From contig CM059433.1 in NCBI GenBank assembly GCA_030390025.1, positions 5,146,001-5,210,000 of the forward strand: a stretch of DNA of 64,000 bases, written 5' to 3'. Source of the DNA: Squalus acanthias (taxonomy: Eukaryota). The translations under genes and the position numbers were made by a program. How positions within the stretch are numbered: the stretch's first letter is position 1; each line of letters begins with the position of its first letter. Shown piece by piece: positions 24,525 through 36,246 of the stretch. Below the pieces are notes generated by a model that was not told the origin of the DNA, searched no databases, and saw only the letters and a program-made list of their open reading frames with translations.

Positions 24525-27473
24525 GCTGAGGAATTTAAATTCAGTTAATTACATTTAAAAAAAATCTGGAATAAAAAAGCTAGTATCAGTAATGGTGACC
24601 GTGAAACTATCGGATTGTTGTGAAAACCCGCCTGGTTGACTAATGTCCTTTAGGGAAGGAAATCTGCCGTCCTTAACCGGCCAATATGTGACTCCAGACC
24701 CACAGCAATGTGGTTGACTCTTAACTGCCCTCTGAAATGGCCGATCAAGCCACTCAGTTGTAAAAAACCGCTACAAAAAACAATAAGAATAAAACCGGAC
24801 GGACCAACCAGCATCGACCTCGGCACCGGCTGCGGACACGACAACGGCACACCCAGCCCAGTCGACCCTGCAAAGTCCTCCTCACCAACATCTGGGGACC
24901 TGTGCCAAAATTGGGAGAACTGTCCCACAGACTAGTCAAGCAACAGCCTGACATAGTCATACTCACAGAATCATACCTTTCAGCCAATGTCCCAAACTCT
25001 TCCATCACCATCCCTGGGTATGTCCTGTCCCACCGGCAGGACAGACCCACCAGGGGTGGCGGCACAGTGGTATACAATCGGGAAGGAGTGGCCATGGAAG
25101 TCCTCAACATTGACTCCGGACCCCATGAAGTCTCATGGCTTCAGGTCAAGCATGGGCAAGGAAACCTCCTGCTGATTACCATCTACCACCCTCCCTCAGC
25201 TGATGAATCAGTACTCCTCCATGTTGAACACCACTTGGAAGAAGCACTGAGAGTAGCAAGGGCACAGAATGTACTCTGGGTGGGGGACTTCAATGTCTTG
25301 ATCGCACCACTACTGACCGAGCTGGCCGAGTCCTGAAGGACATAGCTGCCAGGCTGTGCCTGCGACAGGTGGTGAGAGAACCAACACGAAGGAAAAACCT
25401 ACTTGACCTCATCCTCACCAATCTACCTGTCGCAGATGCATCTGTCCATGACAGCATTGGTAGCAGTGACCACTGCACAGTTCTTGTGAAGACGGAGTCC
25501 TGCTTTCACACTGAGGACACCCTCCATCGTGTTGTGTGGCACTACCACTGTGCTAAATGGGATAGATTCAGAACAGATCGAGCAGCTCAAAACTGGGCAT
25601 CCATGAGACGCTGTGGGCCATCAGCAGAATTGTATTCCACCACAATCTGTAACCTCATGGCTCGGCATATCCCTCACTCTACCATTACCATCAAGCCAGG
25701 GGACCAACCCTGGTTCAATAAGGAGTGTAGAATAGCATGCCGGGAGCAGCACCAGGCGTACCTAAAAATGAGGTGCCAACCTGGGGAAGCTGCAACACAG
25801 GACTACATGCATGCTAAAAAGTGGAAGCAGCATGCTATAGACAGAGCCAAGCGATCCCACAATCAATGGATCAGATCAAAGCTCTGCAGTCCTGCCACAT
25901 CCAGTCGTGAATGGTGGTGGACCATTAAACAACTAACGGGAGGAGGAGGCTCCATGAATATCCCCATCCTCAATGATGGTGGAGCCCAGCACGTGAGTGC
26001 AAAAGACAAAGCTGAAGCGTTTGCAACCGTCTTCAGCTAGAAGTGCCGAGTGGATGATCCATATCGGCCTCCTCCTGAGGTCCCCACCACCACAGAAGCC
26101 AGTCTTCAGCCAATTCGATTCACTCCACGAGATATCAAGAAACAGCTGAGCACACTGGATACAGCAAAGGCTATGGGCCCTGACAACATCCCGGCTATCG
26201 TGCTGAAGACTTGTGCTCCAGAACTAGCCGCCCCTCTAGCCAAGCTGTTCCAGTACAGCTACAACACTGGCATCTATCCGACAATGTGGAAAACTGCCCA
26301 GGTATGTCCTGTTCACAAAAAGCAGGACAAATTCAACCCAGCCAATTACCGCCCCATCAGTCTACTCTCAATCATCAGCAAAGTGATGGAAGGTGTCGTC
26401 GACAGTGCTATCAAGCGGCACTTACTCACCAATAACCTGCTCACTGATGCCCAGTTTGGGTTCCGCCAGGACCACTCGGCTCCAGACCTCATTACAGCCT
26501 TGGTCCAAACATGGACAAAAGAGCTGAATTCCAGAGGTGAGGTGAGAGTAACTGCCCTTGACATCAAGGCAGCATTTGACCGAGTGTGGCATCAAGGAGC
26601 CCTAGTAAAACTGAAGGCAATGGGAATCGGGGGGAAAACTCTCCACTGGCTGAAGTCATAACTAGCACAAAGGAAGATGGTTGTGGTGGTTGGAGGTCAA
26701 TCATCTCAGCCCCAGGACATCACTCAGGGCAGTGTCCTAGGCCCAACCATCTTCAGCTGCTTCATCAATGACCTTCCCTCCATCATAAGGTCAGAAATGG
26801 GGATGTTCGCTGATGACTGCAGTGTTCAGTGCCATTCACAACTCCTCAGATAAAGAAGCAGTCCATGCCCGCATGCAGCAAGACCTGGACGACATTCAGG
26901 CTTGGGCTGATAAGTGGCCGGTAACATTCGTGCCACAGAAGTGCCAGGCAATGACTATCTCCAATAAGCGAGAGTCTAACCACCTCCCCTTGACATTCAG
27001 CTGCATTACCATCGCCGAATCCCCCACCATCAACATCTTGGGGGTTACCATTGACCAGAAACTTAACTGGACCAGCCACATAAATACTGTGGCTACAAGA
27101 GCAGGTCAGAGGCTGGGTATTCTGTGGCGAGTGTCTCACCTCCTGACTCCCCAAAGCCTTTCCACCATCTACAAGGCACAAGTCAGGAGTGTGATGGAAT
27201 ACTCTCCACTTGCCTGGATGAGTGCAGCTCCAACAACACTCAAGAAGCTCGACACCATCCAGGACAAAGCAGCCTGCTTGATTGGCACCCCATCCACCAC
27301 CTTAAACATTCACTCCCTCCCTAACAGCACTGTGGGAGCACCTTCACCACACGGACTGCAGCGGTTCAAGAAGGCGGCTCACCACCACCTTCTCGAGGCC
27401 AATTAGGGATGGGCAATAAATGCTGGCCTGGCCAGCGACGCTCACATCCCATGATCAAATAAATAAAATAAAA
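24525..27473 (+). mobile_element. Near-full-length non-LTR retrotransposon (APE endonuclease + RT, CR1/L2/Jockey group), disrupted
   Basis: TNIWG, DIVILTES, WVGDFN, SDH (APE); NYRPISLLS, QFGFR, DIKAAFDRV, QGSVLGP, FADD (RT); frameshifts and stops; (TAAA)n tail. Confidence 0.9.
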
Positions 27474-28761
27474 ACAGCCCACAGAGAGAAAAAAAAGCAG
27501 GGTCAAATTACAAAACGGAGGCTTTTATTGGCTGGGAGAGAGAGAGAGTCGAAAGGCCAGAGGGGATTTACAAGAAGAGTTCTCCTGCTGTAGACTCTGG
27601 GCTGCAAAAAAAGGAAGGATTCACACAAGGCCACAGTTGGGAGGGTCAATGCCGTAGGATGGGACACAGGGCAGGAAGGTGGAGTGAGGACATCGCAGGA
27701 TGAGCATTTTGAATTCAGTGTGTTGTGGTACAGGCAGCCAGCAGAAGTTAATCAGGACACGTGTGATGGATGATCAGGACTTGGTGTGGGCAGATTGCAG
27801 CGATGGGATTTTAGGTGGGTTGGAAACCAGCCAGAGGAATTGAAGATGGAGGAGTGGAAGAGGAGGTTAAGGAGATGAACCCCTAGTGAATAGAACAATC
27901 AGCAAGGGGATGAGGCAGTTGTGGTTGCTACTCTGGGCGATTAGATGATGACGCCTTGATGCCTCCAGGGGAAGAAGAGCAGAGGAAAATCTTGGAGATA
28001 TCCAGAGCGACAGGACAGGAGGCTGCAGAGGAGCAGCATCGAGTGGACTGCAGGACAGAGAAGGGAATGTTGCAGAATTCATGAAATAGGAACTGGGAGT
28101 ATGAGTGACTGACCCTGGGGTAGAGTAGCCCGGGTAGCAGCTGGCAGAGGAGCTTGCAACCAAAGCAGCAGACACCATGCACACCCAAGTGGAAGAAAAT
28201 AACCATGGCTAAGAGTGCCTTTTAAATTAATGGAGGCTCGGGAAGTGGCAGTCTAGAGACCTGGACCTGACTACTACCGATGGAGCGTCCAGGCCTGCCT
28301 TGAGATCAAGGTACAAGGTTGGTGTGGCAGTCGAGGGCCAGGGACTGGTAGCTGATTGAAGGGGATGAGCCGGGGCGATAATAGGGCTCCTGGGTCTAAC
28401 TCTGGACCAAGGCAGAAGACGATCTTGGGCTGTGCTCCATAGACGGGAGAGCTTGTGGCCGGGAGTAAAGCTATGGCTCCCTCAACCACTTAATTGTTCT
28501 TTTTCCTTTACCTTAAACTTTCTTGTTCCTTGCTTTGATTCTCTTTTACTTTCTGTTTAGATGTTTTTAATAATGTTTTAGTTGGGTCAAAATTAGCTAA
28601 TTTAAATTGTTTGGGGTTTTTTGCTACCTTCCTGTGCGTGTGTATATTATATGAATACACACAATTCTATCGGAAATATTACAAAGTTAAATTTAAACAG
28701 GAACACGCTTTGGAGTGAAAATGTAGTAATTGTTGAACTCTGCTAAAAATGTTATGGAGAC

Positions 28762-28977
28762 TGATGTAAGAAAACTACTAGGCACTTGGTCTAAGCGTTA
28801 AACAAAGCTTTAATCAACTGTTTTACAACATGGAGATCTAGTTGTGTCCTTCTCTAGTTCCTGTTAAGAATGTCCTGCGCAAGCTGGGCCCGTGCCCGAG
28901 TATTTATACTCTCCCTGGACAGCGCCACCTGCAGGCCACCCAGTATTATTTCATAAGTCTTTCTTTCATGAATGACA
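28762..28977 (-). mobile_element. Solo LTR related to the LTRs of the Gypsy element at 36031-40526
   Basis: 216 bp, TGTCAT...CATCA ends on the minus strand; collinear shared blocks ccagggag..tataaatactc, gggccca, ctaga.ctccatgtt, agttgattaaagc; flanks GAGAC / GATTC (imperfect TSD). Confidence 0.8.
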
Positions 28978-29262
28978 GATTCATGTCAGAGACTTTATAG
29001 ATCAATGGATGAGATAATGTTTAATTTCCTATCAGACTGATGTGGTTGCTTAGGGCTGTGTTATTTATATTGCCCCGTAATTGCAAATCGCACCCAGGTG
29101 ATAGAGGTAATTAACATGGATCACTGAACTGTCAATTGCCCATATTGCAGCCGCAATTGTCCGAGGCCTCGGCCTCTGAATTGTCTACGAAGTGCTTTAG
29201 GATGTCCTGAGAACTTGAACGATGCTAAACTGCCAGTTCTTTCTTTAGTTAGTCATGGTTCT

Positions 29263-29879
29263 TAGAACATAAGAACAGAAGAAATAGGAGCAAGAGTGGG
29301 CCATTTGTCCCCTCGAGCCTGCTCCGCCATTCAATAAGATCATGGCTGATCTTCTACCTCATCTCCACTTTCCTGAACTATCCCCATATCCCTTGATTCC
29401 CTTAATATTCAAAAATCTATCGATCTCTGTCTTGAATATACTCAACGACTGAGCCTCCACAGCCCTCTGGGGCAGAGAATTCCAAAGATTCACCACCCTC
29501 TGAGTGAAGAAATTCCTCCTCATCTCAGTCCTAAATGGCCGACCCCTTATTCTGAGACTGTGACTCCTGGTTCTAGACTCCCCAGTCAGAGGAAACATCC
29601 TCCCTGCATCTACCCTGTCAAGCCCTGTAAGAATTTTGTATGTTTCAATGAGATTACCTCTCATTCTTCTAAACTCCAGAGAATATAGGCCTAGTCTACT
29701 CAATCTCTCCTCATAGGACAATCCCCCCATCCCAGGAACCAGTCTGGTGAACCTTTGTTGCACTCCCTCTGTGGCAAGTATATCCTTCCTTAGGTAAGGA
29801 GACCAAAACTGTACACAATACTCCAGGTGTGGTCTCACCAGGGCCCTATATAATTGCAGTAAGACATCTTTACTCTTAT
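29263..29879 (-). mobile_element. CR1 LINE 3' fragment
   Basis: ORF 29359-29892. Confidence 0.9.
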
Positions 29880-29976
29880 CCCCGTGGGCCACACAGCAGT
29901 TCCCCCCTCCCCCGACTTACTTTGGGAAAACTGCAAGGAGCTGAAGTTTGAAATGAAACTTAAAAATATATATAAA

Positions 29977-30062
29977 CACAAGTCATTGCACATGTGTAAG
30001 CACATTACTTATGTTCAGGCACAAGTCATTGCACATGTGTAAGCACACTACTTATGTTCAGG
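29977..30062. repeat. Tandem duplication of a 43-bp unit
   Basis: cacaagtcattgcacatgtgtaagcaca(t/c)tacttatgttcagg x2. Confidence 0.9.
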
Positions 30063-30273
30063 TGAATGAAAGGAAGACTTGCATTTATATAGTACCATAA
30101 ATTGTCCCTCAGATATGTCACAAAGTGCTTCGTATGCAATTAATGATTATGAATTGCAGTGATTGTTATTATTTAGGCCAACATTGACAGCCATTCTGCC
30201 CACAAATGGCATGGAGATAAAGCAAAACTTTTTTTTTAATGGTATTGATCAAGTGAGGAAATGCTAGTCAGGA

Positions 30274-30648
30274 TTTTTTTTAATTCGATCATGGGATGAG
30301 GGCATCGCTGGCAAGGCCAGCATTTATTGCCCATCCCTAATTGCCCTCGAGAAGGTGGTGGTGAGCCGCCTTCTTGAACTGCTGCAGTCCGTGTGGTGAA
30401 GGTACTCCCACAGTGCTGTTAGGGAGGGAGTTCCAGGATTTTGACCCAGTGACGATGAAGGAACAGCCGATATACTTCTAAGTCAGGATGGTGTGTGACT
30501 TGGGAGGGGAACTTGGAGGTGGTGGTGTTCCCATGCGCCTGCTGCCCTTGTCCTTCTAGGTGGAAGAGGTCACGGGTTTGGGAGGTGCTGCCGAAGAAGC
30601 CTTGGCGAGTTGCTGCAGTGCATCTTGTAGATGGTACACACTGCAGCC
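30274..30648 (-). mobile_element. 3' fragment of the APE-RT LINE family (as 9293-9822)
   Basis: Reverse complement of the FKKAAHHHLL region and 3' UTR. Confidence 0.85.
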
Positions 30649-31140
30649 AGTGCAGGATACCAGGAGAACTCCCTAATCTCCTTTGAATAGTGCAGTGGGA
30701 TATTTACCATCCACCCAACAGGAAATAAGGGCCTAAGTTTAACGTCTCAGTGACTAATCACAGATCTGTCTTGTTTCAATTCACAAAAGAAACTATGGGG
30801 TAAAACTCGCTGATCTTGTGCTCCCAGCGGGGAGTCTCATACATCGCTTCAGTTCTCCAGCTCACGCTCTGTCGGAGTGCGGCTCCTGCTGACAGCATGA
30901 GGCCGGTGAATTTACTGAATTCATTGCTTGGCAGGAATACGACATATTAAACTGTCTCCTTTACTTTCCGGAAGGCCTGTCGGCGTCTCTGTGTCGGGGA
31001 AAAATATGTCTTTCCTTGGCTCACGTCCACTTCAAAGGGGAATGAGTCACCTTTCATGAGGTGGGTTGTTAAACAACTGTCACAGACCGTTGCCATGTAC
31101 AGCACCAGCTAGCTCAGCACAGGCGGATGTGCTTAGACTT

Positions 31141-31276
31141 TGAAAGAAAAAGAAAGACTTGCATTTCTATAGCGCCTTTCACGACTACCGGATGTCTCAA
31201 AGCGCTTTACAGCCAGTGAAGAACTTTTTTGAACTGGAGTCACGGTTGTAATGTGGGAAACGTGGCAGCCAATTTG
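31141..31276 (-). mobile_element. Deu-type SINE 3' fragment
   Basis: aaagacttgcatttctatagcgcctttcacgac... (reverse tail). Confidence 0.8.
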
Positions 31277-32117
31277 CACACAGCAAGCTCCCACAATAAA
31301 CATTTTGGGGTGAATTTCCACAGGGGTTCTCTCAGCCACCCCCCCCACCCCACCCCCTTCTTCACCGTAACTTTGGCGGAAAAGCTGCGGAAACCCCGAT
31401 AAAAATGGCATAAACGTTTCCGTGGTTTTCCCTGGAGTTTTTGTGGCTTCGTCTGCTGAAGTTACTGCGGACGAGTGAGAGACCCCCGCCCAACCCACAC
31501 CCCCAACCCCTTCAGAAATTCACTTCCCACATCGGGTAGTTCCTGCATCTGTGAATTGTAATTTGGATCAGCGGCATTATTTCATTGTGAAACCTGCCTT
31601 TTGACACTCCTTTGTCTGGGTTAGGGTTATAAACAGAGCGAGGATAGACATGTTTCCCTGTAACCTGGTTCTTGAGTAAATTTCTAATTCACCAGGCCAC
31701 TGAGGAGCCGGGGTCAATGGAACCCCCGGGGCGGGGAGATATCCGATTCCGTGTATAAAGTTTACATCACACATACAGGCCAATGTTAAGAGTTTTACCT
31801 CTGGAGATCAATGGGAGCTTCAGGACCTTTTACTATTTTGCAGCAGTGACTATGTGAGTTTAAGTAACATTTTGCAATCTGTTCCAAAGCTGCTGAGCTT
31901 TTGAAATGACTTCAACAACTCACTTTTGGACGGAAGATCAGGTGGATTCCTTAACGTACATGTAATCCCACCCGATTTTCGGCAGTGCGTTGACCCCAGG
32001 CGATCCTTTATGCCCAAGGTTCAATGACAGGAATATCTTTCCAACAATATTTTTAAAGACAGGCAAAGTCTAATACACATCACAAGCCGTCCCTTTCACC
32101 TATATCAATCCGACCTA

Positions 32118-33752
32118 AAGAAAGAAAGACTTGCATTTACATAGCGCCTTTCATGACCACCAGACGTCTCAAAGCGCTTTAAGAACATAAGAACATAAGA
32201 AATAGGAGCAGGAGTAGGCCAATCGGCCCCTCGAGCCTGCTCCGCCATTCAATAAGATCATGGCTGATCTGATCCTAACCGCCAATCTACTATCTATCAC
32301 AGAACCATCTCCTGCATCTAACAGAATTGCACACACGAAATAGGAGCAGAATCAGGCTACACAGTCCCTGGGCCCGCTCCACTACCCACAGGGCCATGAC
32401 CGATCCGAACCTAGACTCATGTCCAAATTCCTGCCCGCTCCCCGTAACCCTTAATGCCCTTTACTTCCAGGAAACTGTCTATTTCTGTTTTAAATTTAAT
32501 TAATGTTGTAGCTTCTACAGCTTTTTGTGGCAGCATATTCCATGGACCTACCACCCTCTGAGTGAAGTAGTTCCTCCTCATCTCAGTTTTGAAAGAGCAG
32601 CCCCTTATTCTAAGACTATGTCCCCTAGTTCTCGTCTCACCCGTCATCGGGAACATCCTCCCCGCATCCACCCGATCCAACCCCTTCACAATCTTATATG
32701 TTTCAATAAGATCGCCTCTCATTCTTCTGAACTCCAATGAGTAGAGTCCCAATCTACCCAACCTCTCCTCATATGACCACCCCCTCATCCCCGGGATTAA
32801 CCGAGTGAACCTTTTTTGCACTGCCTCGAGAGCAAGGATGTCTTTCCTTAAGTAAGGACACCAAAACTGTATGCAGTATTCCAGGTGCGGTCTCACCAAT
32901 ACCTTGTACAACTGAAGCAATACCTCCCTATTTTTATATTCTATCCCCCTAGCAATGAAAGCCAACATTCCATTTGCCTTCTTAATCACTTGCTGCACCT
33001 GCATACTAACCTTTTGAGTTTCGTGCACCAGGACCCCCAGATCCCTTTGCACTTCAGTACTCTCCAGTTTCTTGCCATTAAGATAATAAATTGCTCTAGG
33101 ATTTTTCCTGCCAAAGTGCATCACCTCACACTTTCCAGTGTTGTATTCCATCTGCCAAATCTCTGCCCACTTACTTAGCCTGTCTATGTCCCCTTGCAGG
33201 TTTTTTATGTCCTCCTCACTCACTACTTTCCCTCCCATCTTTGTATCATCTGCAAATTTTGATATGTTACACTTGGTCCCTTCCTCCAAATCGTTAATAT
33301 AGATTGTGAAGAGTTGGGGACCCAGCACTGACCCCTGTGGAACAGCCAATGAAGTACTTTTTTGGAGTTTAGTCACTGTTGTAATGTAGGAAACGTGGCA
33401 GCCAATTTGCGCACAGCAAGCTCCCACAAACAGCAATGTGACAATGACCAGATAATCTGTTTTTAGTGATGTTGGTTGAGGGATAAATATTGGCCCCAGG
33501 ACACCGGGGATAACTCCCCTGCTCTTCTACGAATAGTGCCATGGGATCTTTTACATCCACCTGAGAGAGCAGACGGGGCCTCGGTTTAACGTCTCATCCA
33601 AAAAACAGCACCTCCGTCTGTGCAGCGCTCCCTCAGCACTGCACTGGAGTGTCAGCCTAGATTTAATGTGCTCAAGTCCCTGGAGTGGGACTACAAACCC
33701 ACAACCTTCTGACTCAGAGGCGAGTGTGCTACCCACTGAGCCACAGTTGGCA
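32118..33752 (-). mobile_element. Full-length Deu-type SINE split by a CR1 insertion
   Basis: Tail 32118-32180 (...aaagcgcttt) resumes at ~33342 (acagccaatgaag); tRNA-like head at 33660-33752. Confidence 0.85.
32181..33341 (-). mobile_element. 5'-truncated CR1 LINE with open RT C-terminal frame
   Basis: PQGSVLGP, KFADDTK, RPHLEYC in ORF 32417-33436. Confidence 0.9.
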
Positions 33753-34224
33753 ATATTTTTAACGTACATGTAATGCCACCCGATTTTTGGCAGTGCATTG
33801 AACCCAGGAGATCCTTTATGCCCAAGGTTCAATGACAGGAATATCTTTCCAACAATATTTTTAAAGACAGGCAAAGCCTAATACACATCACAAGCCTGTC
33901 CCTTTCACCTATATCAATCTGACCTACCTGAATATTGGTCCACCTGTTGAGTGTTAAGCCAATGAGCAGCAGCTTTAGCGCTGAAATCAGGACTATAATC
34001 ATGTTAATGAAGAGTGAGCACGAATTTTGCGTGCTACCGAGACCATTTTCAGATGGCACAGCTTAACATTGTTTGGCCTTGACAGTATCCATTTCATGGC
34101 TATATCCAATTTCTAGGCCAATGTCTTTGTAATCTGTCCGCACACATTCTGTGTGAGAACTTTATTTTGAATAAGACTGAAGGTTGGGATGAGGTAGATG
34201 GAATGGGAGGAGACTTGGATGAAG

Positions 34225-34785
34225 TCTTCTTCTTCTTCTTCTTCTTCTTAGGCAGTCCCTCGGAACCGAGGATGACTTGCTTCCACATTAAAAATGAGTT
34301 CTCAGGTGACTGATGAGTCCAATGCGGGACCTACAGTCTCTGTCACAGGTGGGGCAGACATGGTTGAAGGGGGCGGGTGGGTGGGGTGCTTGGGTTGACG
34401 TGCACTCCTTGCGCTGTTTGTGCTTGGCTTCCGCTTGCTCCCGGCGAAGAGACTCGAGGTGTTCGGCACCTTCCCGGATGCTTTTCCTCCACTTTGTGCA
34501 GTCTTGGGCCAGGGATTCCCAGGTGTCGGTGGGGATGTTGCACTTTTTCAAGGAGGCTTTGAGGGTGTCCTTGAAGCGTTTCCTCTGCCCACCTGGGGCT
34601 CTCTTGCCGTGCCGGAGCTCCGAGTAGAGCGCTTGTTTTGGGAGTCTCGTATCGAGCATGCGTACAATGTGACCTGTCCATCGGAGCTGATCGAGCATGG
34701 TCAAAGCTTCGATGCTGGGGATGTTGGCCTGAGCGAGAACACTGACGTTGGTGCGCCTATCCTGCCAATGGATTTTCAGGATAGG
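34225..34785 (-). mobile_element. RTE-clade (BovB-like) LINE 3' fragment
   Basis: QLRWTGHIVRMLDTRLPKQALYSEL, C-terminal CPTCDRDCRSRIGLISHLRTH zinc finger, (GAA)n tail. Confidence 0.85.
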
Positions 34786-35712
34786 CGTACCATTTGGATG
34801 AAGTATAAACATCAGCACAGGCTAGTTGGGCCGAATGGCCTGTTTCCGTGCCGTATATTCTATGTAATTTTATGAATGCATTCTGCATGATAATGAATGG
34901 TTATTGGTGCTCCAAATTATTGGATGGTCTACGGGGGAAGCCCCACCGAAGATTACTCCTGCCCTTTCACACAAGGCATTAACGGTAAGCTGTATGTGGG
35001 CAGTTGTTAAAGGGACACAAGGGTGTGTGGGAGGGAAGGTGGCGATTTTCAGCTACCAGCTGCCCATTTCTTGTCTGTAAAACGAGCGACCAGCAATTGA
35101 AATTTGGGAGGGCCACCTCGGCAACCCCATGGATGCCCAAGGCCTGCTGGATGCAATTTTCAGGCAAGCCTATAAATGGGTGAGCAGCCCATCCCCCTGA
35201 AACAGGCAGGAGGCTTCTTAAATATGCGAATCGGGGGCCCTAGGCTGATTGTAGGACCTCATTTCCAATTTGCAGGGATGGATGGGTGGTGAGCGGCTTA
35301 ACTAGCGGTCCTTAAAGGGGCAACTGAAGGCTGCTCCATAAGGGACTGGGCCCACAAAAAGACTGTGGCCTACTGCCGGCCCATTTGAACCGCCCCGTTC
35401 CCCCCTCCACCCCCGCCACCAGGAATCGTCTCCTCCCGTTCCCAGACCCCACCTGCCAGCTAGCTCGGCGTGGCCTTCTCATGACCAGCGAGCTGCAGCA
35501 AGGGAGCCCGCTCAGTGCCCATAGCTCGCCGATGGCATTTAAATGAGGTCCAGGTCTCGAAATGTCTCGGGCCTCAAGTCAACAAGAAAGGGTGGAAGTC
35601 GAAGATTGCCCTCAGGCTTTTAAAAATAACATTGTTTGGATCTTTGACTTGCTCTTTGGATCAGAACATGGGAGGAAATGTTTACGTTGCTAGTCAAGTA
35701 TTTCCAGGATTT

Positions 35713-35996
35713 CAACAACAACTACTTGTATTTATATAGCGCCTTTAATGTAGTAAAACGTCCCAAGGCGCTTCACAGGAGTGTTATAAGGGAAAAAATG
35801 TGATGCCGAGCCACATAAGGAGAAATTAGGGCAGGTGACCAAAAGCGTGGTCAAAGAGGTAGGATTTAAGGAGCGTCTTAAAGGAGGAAAGAGAGGTAGC
35901 GAGGCGGAGAGGTTTAGGCAGGGAATTCCAGAGCTGAGGGCCCAGGCAACAGAAGGCACGGCCACCAATGGTTGAGCGATTATAATCAGGGATGCT
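35713..35996 (-). mobile_element. L2 LINE 3' end (continues at 42951)
   Basis: Stops at ...tcagggatgct; the family consensus continues caagagggcagaa, which is found at 42951. Confidence 0.9.
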
Positions 35997-36030
35997 GATT
36001 GATTGGACAAATCAAATCGGCCATGGTAGC

Positions 36031-36245
36031 TGTCATAAATCGCAAGTAACAACTCAGGAAGTACTACTGGGCGGCCAGCTGGGGCGCCGTCCAGGGAGTA
36101 TAAATACTCAGGCATGGGCCCACCTTGGGCAGAGACAATCTGGAAACAGGAAGCTAGTGACTGCTAACTAGACCTCCATGTTTTGTTACAAGTTGATTAA
36201 AGCCTTGCTTTATGTTCAAGTGCGTAGTGAGTCTTTATTACGTCA
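36031..36245 (+). repeat. 5' LTR (TATA GTATAAATA ~36098; ATTAAA 36196-36201)
   Basis: Direct repeat of 40312-40526. Confidence 0.97.
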
Positions 36246-36246
36246 A

